Source: Acidimicrobiia bacterium (GTDB taxonomy: Bacteria > Actinomycetota > Acidimicrobiia > Acidimicrobiales > Bin134). From it: a stretch of 64,000 nucleotides of DNA. Positions within the stretch are counted from its first letter, which is position 1. The number at the start of each line of letters is the position of its first letter. The stretch is taken from assembly GCA_022827725.1 (NCBI GenBank), contig JAJEIJ010000038.1:13324-77323 (forward strand), written 5' to 3'. The notes under the pieces are model-generated. The model made no database searches. It was not told the DNA's origin and worked only from the letters and a program-made list of their open reading frames with translations. Of the stretch, positions 35,632 to 44,885 are shown piece after piece. A program made the position numbers and the translations under genes.

Positions 35632-36939
35632 ATGAGCGATTCCTCTCGCATAAGAATCGGCGTGGGCGTGCTGGGCTGTGGAAACGTCGGCTCGGCGTTG
35701 GTCGGGCTGCTGGAGGAGCAGCGGTCGGCGATCGCGGAGCGCACTGGCATGGAACTGGACGTGGTGCGGGTGGCGGTGCGCAGCGCGTCGCGCGACCGCG
35801 ACGTGGTCTTGGCCGACGGGGTGCTGACCACCGACGCCGCCTCAGTGGTGAACGATCCCGAAGTGGATGTGGTGGTGGAGCTGATCGGGGGAATCGAGCC
35901 GGCCCGCGAACTGGTGTCTGCCGCGCTGAAACTGGGCAAGCCGGTGGTCACCGGCAACAAAGAACTGCTGGCCAACTACGGCGCAGAGCTGTATGCCGCG
36001 GCCGATGCTGCCGGAGTGGACCTCTTGTTCGAGGCCGCAGTCGGCGGAGGAATCCCCCTCATCCGTCCTCTGCGGGAGTCCTTGGCCGCCGAGCCGGTCC
36101 GCCGGGTGATGGGCATCGTCAACGGAACCACCAACTACATCTTGAGCCAGATGACCGAGCACGGCACCAGCTATCACGACGCCTTGGCCGACGCGCAGTC
36201 GCTGGGGTTTGCCGAGCGCGATCCCACCGCCGATGTGGAGGGATTTGATGCCGCATCCAAGGCATCCATCATCGCCACGGTGGCATTCGGCGCCCGGGTG
36301 CTGGCCGGAAGCGTGAACCGGGAGGGCATCTCCGGCATCGGCGCCGCCGACATCGCCCACGCCCGGCGGCTGGGGTACGTGGTCAAGCTGCTGGCTATCG
36401 CCGAGCGGGTGGGCGACGTGGACGGCAAGCCCGAGTTGGCCGTGCGGGTGCACCCGGCGATGGTGCCGGTCGATCATCCGCTGGCCTCGGTGCGGGACTC
36501 CTTCAATGCGGTGTTCGTGGAGGGCGACGCGGTGGGAGAGCTGATGCTGTATGGCCGGGGCGCCGGTGGGCGGCCCACTGCCAGCGCAGTGCTGGGCGAC
36601 CTCATCGACGCGGCCAGCAATCGGTGCCGGGGCACTTGGACGCCGATCGGCACCTTGGGGGAGGCGGTGATCTGCCCCATCGACGATCTGGAATCGGAGT
36701 ACTACATCAACATGGAGGTGCTCGACCGGCCGGGCGTGCTGGCCGCGGTGGCCGGGGTGTTCGGGCGCCATGGGGTGAGCATCCGATCCATGGAGCAGGA
36801 GGGATTGGGCGACCAGGCCCGGCTGGTGTTCATCACCCACGAGGCCACCGAGCGTGATGTGCAAGCCACGCTTGGCGATTTGCGGGACCTGGATGCGGTG
36901 CGGGGCGTGCCTGCGTTGCTCCGAGTGATCAGCCAGTGA
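35632..36939 (+). CDS. hom: Homoserine dehydrogenase
   Basis: 435 aa with an N-terminal NAD-binding GxGxxG (GVLGCGNVG), a catalytic domain and a C-terminal ACT domain. Confidence 0.92.
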   Translation: MSDSSRIRIGVGVLGCGNVGSALVGLLEEQRSAIAERTGMELDVVRVAVRSASRDRDVVLADGVLTTDAASVVNDPEVDVVVELIGGIEPARELVSAALKLGKPVVTGNKELLANYGAELYAAADAAGVDLLFEAAVGGGIPLIRPLRESLAAEPVRRVMGIVNGTTNYILSQMTEHGTSYHDALADAQSLGFAERDPTADVEGFDAASKASIIATVAFGARVLAGSVNREGISGIGAADIAHARRLGYVVKLLAIAERVGDVDGKPELAVRVHPAMVPVDHPLASVRDSFNAVFVEGDAVGELMLYGRGAGGRPTASAVLGDLIDAASNRCRGTWTPIGTLGEAVICPIDDLESEYYINMEVLDRPGVLAAVAGVFGRHGVSIRSMEQEGLGDQARLVFITHEATERDVQATLGDLRDLDAVRGVPALLRVISQ

Positions 36940-36991
36940 AATACATCGGCACCTGGGGGCGGGCCCCGGTCATTCAGCGCGGACCAGGATC

Positions 36992-38398
36992 TTGAGCGTC
37001 AAGTACATAAGCACTAGGGGACAAGCTCCCCATTTGGACTTCGGCGACGTTTTGTTGGCCGGGCTGGCCGCCGATGGGGGGCTCTATGTGCCCGACCAGT
37101 GGCCCGCGCTGTCGCCCAAAGCGCTGAGCGGAAGCCCCGGCCGGGGTGACTATGCCGACCTGGCTTCCGAGGTGATGTGGCCGTTTGTGGACGGGGCCTA
37201 TCCCCGAAGCCGGTTCGACGAGATGGTGAGGAATGCCTACGCCGGGTTCGACCATCCCGAAGTGGTGCCAATGGTGGAGTTGGGCGATCGACTGTGGCTC
37301 ATGGAGCTGTTCCACGGCCCGACGCTGGCCTTCAAGGACATCGCCCTCCAGCTCGTGGGGCGCCTGTTCGACGAGGAGCTGGCCCGGCGGGGCGAGCGGG
37401 TGACCATCGTTGGGGCCACCTCGGGCGATACCGGATCGGCGGCCATCGAGGCGGTGCGCGATCGGGAGAACATCGAGATCGTCTTCTTGCACCCCCATGG
37501 TCGGATCTCGGAGGTTCAGCGGCGGCAAATGACCACCGTGGACAGCGCCAACGTCCACTGCGTGGCCATCGAGGGAACCTTCGACGACTGCCAAGACCTG
37601 GTAAAGGCCATGTTTTCCGACGCCGCCTTCCGGGCCGAACACCGGCTGTCGGCCGCCAACTCCATCAACTGGGCCCGGGTCATGGCCCAGACCGTGTACT
37701 ACGTGGCCGCCGTTACCCGGTACGGCTTGGAACAAGTGTCGTTCTCAGTGCCTACCGGCAACTTCGGAAACGTGCTGGCCGGCCATGTCGCCCGCCAAAT
37801 GGGCTTGCCCGTGGACCGGTTTGTGGTGGCCAGCAACCGCAACGACATCCTGACCCAGTTTTTCACCACCGGCTCTATGGCCATTTCCGAGGTACACCCG
37901 ACCATGTCGCCGAGCATGGACATCCAGGTGTCGTCCAACCTTGAGCGGCTGCTATTCGAGCTCCAAGACCGTGACGGCATCCGCACTGCTGAGATGCTGG
38001 AAGACTTCCGGGCCTCCGGCGAAATGCGCATCGACGCCCGCATCTCTTCCGAGCTGAACCGGAGCTGGTCGGGAGTCCGAGTGGACGAAGACGAGACCAC
38101 CTCCACCATCGCCGAGCTCTACCGGGACACCGGCATGATCATCGACCCCCATACGGCGGTGGGCCTGGCCGCCGCCCAACGCTCCAAACAAGACTCCGAT
38201 GGGCCCATGGTGGTGCTGGCCACCGCTCACCCGGCCAAGTTCGGTGACGCGGTGGAGGCGGCCATCGGGATCCGCCCGCCATTGCCGCCGGCACTGGCCG
38301 AGCTGGCCAACCGGCCTGAGCGATGCCAGCGTCTGCCCAACGACCTGGCCGCGGTTAAAGCCCACGTTGCCCGATGCTCGGGTCAGGGCTCCGGATAG
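36992..38398 (+). CDS. thrC: Threonine synthase
   Basis: 468 aa starting MSVKYISTRGQAP. PLP-Lys motif GPTLAFKDIALQ. Confidence 0.92.
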   Translation: MSVKYISTRGQAPHLDFGDVLLAGLAADGGLYVPDQWPALSPKALSGSPGRGDYADLASEVMWPFVDGAYPRSRFDEMVRNAYAGFDHPEVVPMVELGDRLWLMELFHGPTLAFKDIALQLVGRLFDEELARRGERVTIVGATSGDTGSAAIEAVRDRENIEIVFLHPHGRISEVQRRQMTTVDSANVHCVAIEGTFDDCQDLVKAMFSDAAFRAEHRLSAANSINWARVMAQTVYYVAAVTRYGLEQVSFSVPTGNFGNVLAGHVARQMGLPVDRFVVASNRNDILTQFFTTGSMAISEVHPTMSPSMDIQVSSNLERLLFELQDRDGIRTAEMLEDFRASGEMRIDARISSELNRSWSGVRVDEDETTSTIAELYRDTGMIIDPHTAVGLAAAQRSKQDSDGPMVVLATAHPAKFGDAVEAAIGIRPPLPPALAELANRPERCQRLPNDLAAVKAHVARCSGQGSG

Positions 38399-38432
38399 CA
38401 GCAGGCTCAAGGTGATCTGGCAGAATCGGGCA

Positions 38433-38516
38433 TCGTGAAGTACGTGGTGTGTTCAGCTGGCCTGTGGAGCTGTCGGTCAGAGCAAGAGGGTCGTCTTTCG
38501 TGAAGTACGTGGTGTG
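38433..38516 (+). repeat. 19-bp perfect direct repeat TCGTGAAGTACGTGGTGTG (38433-38451 and 38498-38516) duplicating the start of the thrB-position gene
   Basis: Read directly; period 65 bp. Confidence 0.9.
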
Positions 38517-39639
38517 CATACCCGATGGGTGTTCTGATTTGCCAGTGCCCGAACTGGATGGGGCCACGCCATTGGAGGCGGCCAACACCCCGGTACTCGA
38601 TGCTCTGGCTGCCCGCGGACAGGTGGGTTTGGCCCAGGTCATCCCCCCGGGAATGCCGCCGGGCAGCGACGTGGGAAACATGTCCATCTTCGGTTACGAC
38701 CCCGCTCACTATCACACGGGACGCTCGCCCATTGAGGCCGCTGCACTGGGGCTCACTCTCTCAGCCGATCAGGTGGCCTACCGCTGCAACCTGGTCACGG
38801 TGACCGACGACGGCATCATGGCCGACTTCTCCGGCGGCCACCCCGACTCTGACCGGGCTGCCGAGGTCATCGCGGCGCTGGACGCGGAGCTGGGGGGTGA
38901 GGTCAGCTTCCACGCCGGGGTGCAGTACCGCCACACCATGATCGCTCCGGCCGAATGGGCCGACGCGGTGTGTACCCCGCCCCATGAGCTCTCCGATCAG
39001 CCGGTGGTCGGCCCCCAGGGTCCGGCCGGTCCCAAGCTGGCCGCGTTGGAGGAGGCATCCCGGTCGGTGGTGCCCCGATTCGGGTTGAAGGCCAACCGGA
39101 TCTGGCTCTGGGGTCAGGGCTTCCAGCCGGATATGCCCTCATTCCGGGAGATGCACGGCGTGGAGGCCGGGATGGTCAGTGCAGTCGATTTGGTGCGGGG
39201 GATAGGAGCGCTGACGGGCATGACGGTGGCCGATGTGCCCGGAGCCACTGCCTGGTACGACACCAATTACGAGGGCAAGCGGGACGCGGCTCTGGCCGGA
39301 TTGGCGGACGGTGCCGACCTGTACGCGATACATGTGGAGGCCAGCGACGAGGCTGGGCACGAGGGCAACGTGGTGGAAAAGGTCAGATGCCTGGAGAACT
39401 GGGATCAGCGCATCCTGGCCGGACTGGTGGATGGCCTCGACCGCATGGCCCCCTGGCGGCTGCTGCTACTGCCCGACCACGCCACGCCGCTGACCACGCG
39501 CAGCCATATAGACGACCCGGTTCCCTACCTCTTGGTGGACTCCGAGCAAGACGGCCCCGGCGGTGTCTACACCGAACGGGGCGCGGCCTCCGCCGAAGTG
39601 GTTCCCGGCCACCAACTCATGTCGAAACTGCTTTCGTAG
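38500..39639 (+). CDS. Cofactor-independent phosphoglycerate mutase homolog (ApgM-like) at the thrB position; proposed non-orthologous homoserine kinase
   Basis: ORF 38449..39639. GTG 38500 is preceded by GAGGG at -10 to -14. The N-terminus VKYVVCIPDGCSDLP and the overall pattern match the metalloenzyme/alkaline-phosphatase-superfamily iPGM-like group. Located directly after hom-thrC. Confidence 0.7.
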   Translation: MKYVVCIPDGCSDLPVPELDGATPLEAANTPVLDALAARGQVGLAQVIPPGMPPGSDVGNMSIFGYDPAHYHTGRSPIEAAALGLTLSADQVAYRCNLVTVTDDGIMADFSGGHPDSDRAAEVIAALDAELGGEVSFHAGVQYRHTMIAPAEWADAVCTPPHELSDQPVVGPQGPAGPKLAALEEASRSVVPRFGLKANRIWLWGQGFQPDMPSFREMHGVEAGMVSAVDLVRGIGALTGMTVADVPGATAWYDTNYEGKRDAALAGLADGADLYAIHVEASDEAGHEGNVVEKVRCLENWDQRILAGLVDGLDRMAPWRLLLLPDHATPLTTRSHIDDPVPYLLVDSEQDGPGGVYTERGAASAEVVPGHQLMSKLLS

Positions 39640-39660
39640 CAGCCAAAAAAGGCCGGAATG

Positions 39661-39689
39661 TTGCCAGTAGGGGTGCATTGCGGTATTCT
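39661..39689 (+). promoter_or_regulatory. Candidate sigma-70-type promoter of rho: TTGCCA-N17-TATTCT
   Basis: The hexamers and 17-nt spacer are read directly. It would give a leader of ~220 nt. Confidence 0.35.
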
Positions 39690-39856
39690 GCCGGGAGTTG
39701 GGACTGCGGTTTGGCTAGCAGTCCTGCGGGAAGCCTTCTGACCACTCGGTCGATTTCGACATTCCTTTTTGTCAGCGTCCCGGTGGTTTATGGCTGCTTA
39801 ATTCATGTCGTCCGCACTCGCGGATGGCGTGTCGAACAACACGAAGCGCTCCCACA

Positions 39857-39915
39857 GTTGTAGCGCTTCAAGGGAGAAACAAGTGCCCTCCAGTCGTGGC
39901 ACCTCAAGGGAGAAA
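39857..39915 (+). repeat. Imperfect 36-bp-period tandem duplication of the rho ribosome-binding region (exact 12-mer TCAAGGGAGAAA at 39868-39879 and 39904-39915)
   Basis: Read directly: 19/23 identities over GTYGTRGCRCYTCAAGGGAGAAA. Confidence 0.85.
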
Positions 39916-39916
39916 T

Positions 39917-41560
39917 GTGAGCGTAGAGACCACTGAGCTGTCTCGGTCGAAACTTCAGCGAAAAGACCGGGCGCAGCTTCAGATCATCGCAAGAGCCATG
40001 GGCGGGCGCCCCGACGCCAAGGCCCGCAAAGCCGACATCGTGGACATGATCCTCGAGCTTGCCGGAATCGGTGCCGACGGCGACGGTCAGGCCGCAGCTG
40101 ATCCTGCCGGGAACGGGGCCGCACCCGCCCAGGCGGATTCAGCCGAGGAATCCAAAGTAGAAGAGGAGCAGAGCGAAGAGGCCGCTCCCGAGGCTGAGAC
40201 GGCCGAGGCCCAGCAAAGCGAAGAAGCAGAGGCCCGCCAAGATCGGGATCGCCAGGATCGCTCCCGCCAGGCCAGTGATCGTCGAGACAGTGATCGTCGA
40301 GACGGGGATCGCCAGGATCGCTCCCGCCAGGACGACCAGCCCGAGATCGGCAATCGCCGGCGCCGGCGACGGGGCCGCAACGACCGTGAACGGCCCGAGG
40401 AGCCGTGGGAGGGCGACCCCATTGCCATCTCCGGGTATCTCGACCTGAGGGACGACGGCTACGGCTTCTTGCGGATCAAGGGCTTCCAGCCCAGTAAGGA
40501 AGATGCCTACGTATCGGTGAAGCAGGTCCGCCAGTTCGGCCTCCGCAAGGGCGACTTCATCACCGGCGGTTGCCGCCCGGCCACCCGCAACGAGAAGAAC
40601 CCGGCTCTCCTGCATATCGACACCGTCAACACGCTTCCCCCCGAATCGGTCAAACAGCGCCCCAAGTTCGAGGACCTCACCCCGCTGTTCCCCGATGAGA
40701 AGCTCCGACTGGAGCGAGACGATGATCCGGCCAACATGACCTGCCGCATCATCGATCTCCTGTCGCCCATCGGCAAGGGCCAGCGCGGCCTGATCGTGTC
40801 GCCCCCCAAGGCGGGCAAGACCACGATCATGAAGGAGATCGCCCGCTCCATCGAGCTGAACAATCCCGAAGTGCACCTGCTGGTGCTGCTGGTGGACGAG
40901 CGGCCGGAAGAAGTCACCGACATGCGGCGCTGGCTCATGCGGGGCGAGGTGGCGGCGTCCACCTTCGACCGGCCGGCCGACGAGCACACCCACGTGGCCG
41001 AGATGACCATCGAGCGGGCCAAGCGAATGGTGGAGCGGGGCGAGGATGTGGTGATCATCCTCGACGGCATCACCCGCCTGTCGAGGGCCTACAACCTGGC
41101 CGCGCCGGCCACCGGGCGCATCATGTCGGGCGGTATCGACACCGGTGCCCTGTATCCGCCCAAGAAGTTCTTCGGCGCGGCCCGCAATGTGGAGGAGGGC
41201 GGCTCGCTCACCATCCTGGCCACCGCCCTAGTGGAAACCGGATCCCGCATGGACGAGGTGATCTTCGAGGAGTTCAAGGGCACCGGAAACATGGAGCTTC
41301 GTTTGGACCGGCATATCGCCGAGCGGCGGATCTACCCGTCCATCAACGTTGACGCCTCCTCTACTCGCCACGAGGAACTGCTGTTCGAGCGCCGCCAGCT
41401 CCAGCAGGTGTGGAAGCTGCGCCGGGTGCTCAACGGCCTCTCCAGCGACGGCAACGGGGGCGGGGCGGCCGGACTGGAGCTGCTGATGGATCGTCTGCGG
41501 ACCTTCCCCAACAACGCCGCATTCCTGGAGGAAGTGGCAAAGGGCCCCGCTGGGGTGTGA
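39917..41560 (+). CDS. rho: Transcription termination factor Rho with Arg/Asp-rich N-terminal insertion
   Basis: ORF 39824..41560. GTG 39917 follows a GGGAGA SD. Walker [11 protein letters not shown]-rich low-complexity insertion at ~aa 130-195 of the track ORF. Confidence 0.92.
   Translation: MSVETTELSRSKLQRKDRAQLQIIARAMGGRPDAKARKADIVDMILELAGIGADGDGQAAADPAGNGAAPAQADSAEESKVEEEQSEEAAPEAETAEAQQSEEAEARQDRDRQDRSRQASDRRDSDRRDGDRQDRSRQDDQPEIGNRRRRRRGRNDRERPEEPWEGDPIAISGYLDLRDDGYGFLRIKGFQPSKEDAYVSVKQVRQFGLRKGDFITGGCRPATRNEKNPALLHIDTVNTLPPESVKQRPKFEDLTPLFPDEKLRLERDDDPANMTCRIIDLLSPIGKGQRGLIVSPPKAGKTTIMKEIARSIELNNPEVHLLVLLVDERPEEVTDMRRWLMRGEVAASTFDRPADEHTHVAEMTIERAKRMVERGEDVVIILDGITRLSRAYNLAAPATGRIMSGGIDTGALYPPKKFFGAARNVEEGGSLTILATALVETGSRMDEVIFEEFKGTGNMELRLDRHIAERRIYPSINVDASSTRHEELLFERRQLQQVWKLRRVLNGLSSDGNGGGAAGLELLMDRLRTFPNNAAFLEEVAKGPAGV
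40245..40331 (+). repeat. Coding-sequence repeats in the rho insertion: a 27-bp perfect repeat (40245-40271 and 40305-40331) flanking a 15-bp x2 tandem (40274-40303)
   Basis: Read directly. Encodes the DRQDRSRQ / SDRRD units. Confidence 0.9.
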
Positions 41561-41573
41561 GGCTAGGAGCAAC

Positions 41574-41834
41574 ATGAAGCCCGATATCCATCCCGAGTAC
41601 CGCTTGGTGGTGTTCCAAGACACTTCCGCGGGCACGTCTTTCCTCACCAGGTCCACCATTGAGACCACCGAGACCGTGGAGTGGGAAGACGGCAACGAGT
41701 ATCCCTTGGCCAAAGTGGGGATCTCCAGCGCCAGCCACCCGTTCTTCACCGGCCAGATGACCATCGTGGACACCGCTGGACGGGTGGAGCGCTTCGAGCG
41801 CCGCTACGGCCAGCGCAAGCGCTCGTCCAAGTAG
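41574..41834 (+). CDS. rpmE: 50S ribosomal protein L31, type B (no CxxC zinc motif)
   Basis: 86 aa starting MKPDIHPEY and containing SHPFFTG. Lacks the Cys pairs of type A. Confidence 0.9.
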   Translation: MKPDIHPEYRLVVFQDTSAGTSFLTRSTIETTETVEWEDGNEYPLAKVGISSASHPFFTGQMTIVDTAGRVERFERRYGQRKRSSK

Positions 41835-41900
41835 ACCCGACCGGCGCCACCTCGCCAATCCATCCCCGCCGCCAACCCATCCCGACGGTAGGTTGAGGGC

Positions 41901-42968
41901 ATGGAGCCGAACCCTGCCTATGAGGAGATCGAGGCGGAGTTCGTCGCGCTCGAAGAGCGGCTGGCCGATCCGGAGTTGCTGGCTGACCGGGACGCCTACG
42001 CCGCCACGGCCCGGCGCTATAAGGAGCTGGAGGTCAAGGCCGTCCGCATCCGGGAGCTGCGGGGTTATCGGGAGGACATAGAGATCGCCACCGAGATGCT
42101 GGCCGAGGCCGACGCCGCGGATCGGGGCTTGCTGGAAGCAGAGATCGAAGCAGCGACCGCTGCGGCCGACGGGCTGGAGGCCGAACTGGCCGATCTGATG
42201 GCACCGAAAGATCCCAACGACGGCAAGAACGTGATCGTGGAGATCAAGGGCGCCGAGGGGGGCGAGGAGGCCAACTTGTTCGCCCGCGATCTGTTCGACA
42301 TGTATTCGGCTTTCGCCGGCCAGCAGCGCTGGAAGCTGGAGATGATGAACGCCCAGGGCTCCGACATGGGGGGCTATACCGACGTTGTGTTCATGCTGCG
42401 GGGCGACGACGTGTGGCGCAAGATGAAGTACGAGGGCGGCCCCCACCGGGTGCAGCGGGTGCCGGTCACCGAGTCGCAGGGCCGGGTGCACACCTCATCG
42501 GCCACCGTGTCGGTGCTGCCCGAGGCCGAGGAGGTGGAGGTCCACATCGAGGAGAAGGACCTCCAGGTCGACGTCTACCGGTCGTCGGGGCCAGGCGGCC
42601 AGTCGGTGAACACCACCGACTCAGCCGTTCGCATCACCCACAAGCCCACCGGGCTCGTGGTGTCAATGCAGGACGAGAAGAGCCAGCTTCAGAACCGCAA
42701 CAAGGCAATGGCCGTGCTGAGGGCCCGCTTACTCCAGGCCGAACAGCAGCGCCGCCAAGACGAACTTTCCGAGCAGCGCCGGGGGCAGGTGGGCGGCGGG
42801 GGCCGGTCGGAGAAGATCCGCACCTACAACTTCAAGGAGAACCGGGTTTCCGATCACCGCATCGGCTTGACCCTCTACAAGCTCGACCGCATTCTGGCCG
42901 GCGACTTGGACGAGGTGGTAGACGCCCTAGCCGAAGCTGAGCGCCAGGAAAACTTGGTCGGGTCGTGA
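41901..42968 (+). CDS. prfA: Peptide chain release factor 1
   Basis: 355 aa with GGQ (SGPGGQSVN) and an RF1-type PxT (PVT). Confidence 0.95.
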   Translation: MEPNPAYEEIEAEFVALEERLADPELLADRDAYAATARRYKELEVKAVRIRELRGYREDIEIATEMLAEADAADRGLLEAEIEAATAAADGLEAELADLMAPKDPNDGKNVIVEIKGAEGGEEANLFARDLFDMYSAFAGQQRWKLEMMNAQGSDMGGYTDVVFMLRGDDVWRKMKYEGGPHRVQRVPVTESQGRVHTSSATVSVLPEAEEVEVHIEEKDLQVDVYRSSGPGGQSVNTTDSAVRITHKPTGLVVSMQDEKSQLQNRNKAMAVLRARLLQAEQQRRQDELSEQRRGQVGGGGRSEKIRTYNFKENRVSDHRIGLTLYKLDRILAGDLDEVVDALAEAERQENLVGS

Positions 42969-43843
42969 AGTTGACGGCCCCGCGCGTCGTCTGGGCCGAT
43001 GTGGCCAAAGACGCCGCCCAGCGGCTGGAGAATGCCGGGGTATCAGATGCGAAGGGGCAGGCCCGCCGCTTGGTGGAGCAGGCGTCGGGATACGAGGGCG
43101 GCGAGTACTTCGGGGCTCTGACCAGGGTGCCAACCCAGCGTCAGATGGCCTATCTCGACTCGATGCTGGCCCGCCGTCTGGCGGGGGAGCCGTTGCAGTA
43201 TGTACTGGGCCGCTGGGGGTTTCGGGGCTTGGATCTGATGGTGAGCCCTGCGGTGCTCATTCCCCGTCCGGAGACCGAGACATTGGCCGGGCTGGCTATC
43301 GATGAACTCGCCCGCCGCGATCCGCTCGGCGTCCTAGCCGTGGATCTGGGCACCGGCAGCGGTGCGGTGGGACTGGCGATGGCGATGGAGTGCGAGACGG
43401 CCCAAGTGGTTCTCACCGACGTGTCGGCTGAGGCGTTGGGCGTGGCTCGGGCCAACTTGGCCGGGTTGGGCCGGGCCGCAGTGCGGGTGTCGGCCTATCA
43501 GGGCTCGTGGTTCGAGGCCCTGCCCCAGTCGCTGGTCGAGACGGTGGACGTGGTGGTGAGCAACCCGCCGTACGTGTGCGATGACGAGGCGCTGCCTACC
43601 GAGGTGGCCGACTGGGAGCCGGAGTTGGCCCTGCGGGGGGGTCCCGACGGATTGGACGCCGCCCGCAGGATCCTGACCGAAGCCCCCCGCTGGTTGAGCC
43701 CCGGGGGAACAGTCCTGCTGGAGTTGTCGCCCCAGCAGATGGACGCTGCCGCGGCCATTGCCCAGGCCGGCGGTCTGGTGGTCGAGGCGGTTCATCCCGA
43801 CCTGGCCGGGCGAGACCGGGTGCTGCAATGTCGAAGGCGATGA
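42965..43843 (+). CDS. prmC: Release factor glutamine N5-methyltransferase
   Basis: 292 aa with an NPPY motif. The GTGA overlap at 42965-42968 couples it to prfA. Confidence 0.9.
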   Translation: MKLTAPRVVWADVAKDAAQRLENAGVSDAKGQARRLVEQASGYEGGEYFGALTRVPTQRQMAYLDSMLARRLAGEPLQYVLGRWGFRGLDLMVSPAVLIPRPETETLAGLAIDELARRDPLGVLAVDLGTGSGAVGLAMAMECETAQVVLTDVSAEALGVARANLAGLGRAAVRVSAYQGSWFEALPQSLVETVDVVVSNPPYVCDDEALPTEVADWEPELALRGGPDGLDAARRILTEAPRWLSPGGTVLLELSPQQMDAAAAIAQAGGLVVEAVHPDLAGRDRVLQCRRR

Positions 43844-44418
43844 GCATGGGCGGCCCACGCGAGCTGTTGGAGATGGCCGCCGCTGAGTTGAAGGCGGGGC
43901 GGGCAGTGATCATCCCCACCGACACGGTGTACGGGCTGGCCGCCCTGCCCGAGAACGTGGATCTGCTCTTCGAGCTCAAACAGCGTCCCGCCGACAAGGC
44001 GGTGGCCTTCTTGGTGGCCCGCCCGGCCGACGCCGAACAGATGTTCGACCCGCTGCCCGCCACTCGGCGACTCATGGAGCAGTGCTGGCCGGGGGCGCTC
44101 ACCATCGTCCAAGACGGCTTCGGCGTGCGCTGTCCCGACCATCCGCTGGTCCAAGCCCTGGCTGCCGAAGTCGGACCCATCGCCACCACCAGCGCCAACT
44201 TGAGCGGCCAGCCCACTCCCCACACCGCGGCGGAGGCCGCGGCCGCCTTTCCCTCCGTGCAGTTGGTTGTCGAGGGCGGTTCACTCGAGGCCCCTGCGTC
44301 AACCGTGGTGGAGGTGACCGAAGACGGGCTGTCGATCCTCCGCCAGGGGGCCGTGGAAGTAGAGATGTTGGTGGAAGATCGCAGTAATGAGTCATCAAGC
44401 AGGCGGCAGGCTGGATAG
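43840..44418 (+). CDS. L-threonylcarbamoyladenylate synthase (TsaC/YwlC/Sua5 family)
   Basis: ATGA overlap with the prmC stop at 43840-43843. Motif IIPTDTVYGLAA. Confidence 0.8.
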   Translation: MSMGGPRELLEMAAAELKAGRAVIIPTDTVYGLAALPENVDLLFELKQRPADKAVAFLVARPADAEQMFDPLPATRRLMEQCWPGALTIVQDGFGVRCPDHPLVQALAAEVGPIATTSANLSGQPTPHTAAEAAAAFPSVQLVVEGGSLEAPASTVVEVTEDGLSILRQGAVEVEMLVEDRSNESSSRRQAG

Positions 44419-44428
44419 ATTGACGCGT

Positions 44429-44878
44429 ATGGCGCGAATCGCCGCCGGGGCCGACCACGCCGGAGTGCAGTTGAAAGACGAGCTGGTGGCCCACTTGCGG
44501 GATTTGGGCCATGACGTTGTCGATTGCGGAACCCATGGCCCCGACCGGGTGGACTATCCCGATTTCGGGGAGGCGGTGGCCCGCAAGGTGGCCGCTGGCG
44601 AGGCAGAGCTGGGCCTGTGCGTGTGCGGCACCGGTATCGGGATCGCCATGGCGGCCAACAAGGTGCCGGGAGTGCGGGCGGCCACGGTACACGACGTGAC
44701 CTCAGCCCGGCTGACCCGGGAGCACAACGACGCCAACGTGATCTGTTTGGGCGAGCGGCTCATCGGCCCGGAGGCAGCCCGTGAGGCCTTGGACACGTTC
44801 CTGGGGGCATCTTTTGAAGAGGGCCGCCATGTGCCTCGGGTGGCCAAAATAGATGCCCTGTTGCCAAAGAAGGGGTAG
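44429..44878 (+). CDS. rpiB: Ribose-5-phosphate isomerase B
   Basis: Conserved start [13 protein letters not shown] at ATG 44429. Motif [13 protein letters not shown]. Confidence 0.9.
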   Translation: MARIAAGADHAGVQLKDELVAHLRDLGHDVVDCGTHGPDRVDYPDFGEAVARKVAAGEAELGLCVCGTGIGIAMAANKVPGVRAATVHDVTSARLTREHNDANVICLGERLIGPEAAREALDTFLGASFEEGRHVPRVAKIDALLPKKG

Positions 44879-44885
44879 TCGAGTG

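Noticed and set aside
41854-41887. Imperfect 17-bp tandem GCCAAYCCATCCC... in the rpmE-prfA spacer, and the 12-bp tandem GCGCCARACTG at 7215-7238
   Set aside because: They are very short and imperfect, and they match the background of slippage-type microrepeats seen in several intergenic regions here. There is no specific functional hint.
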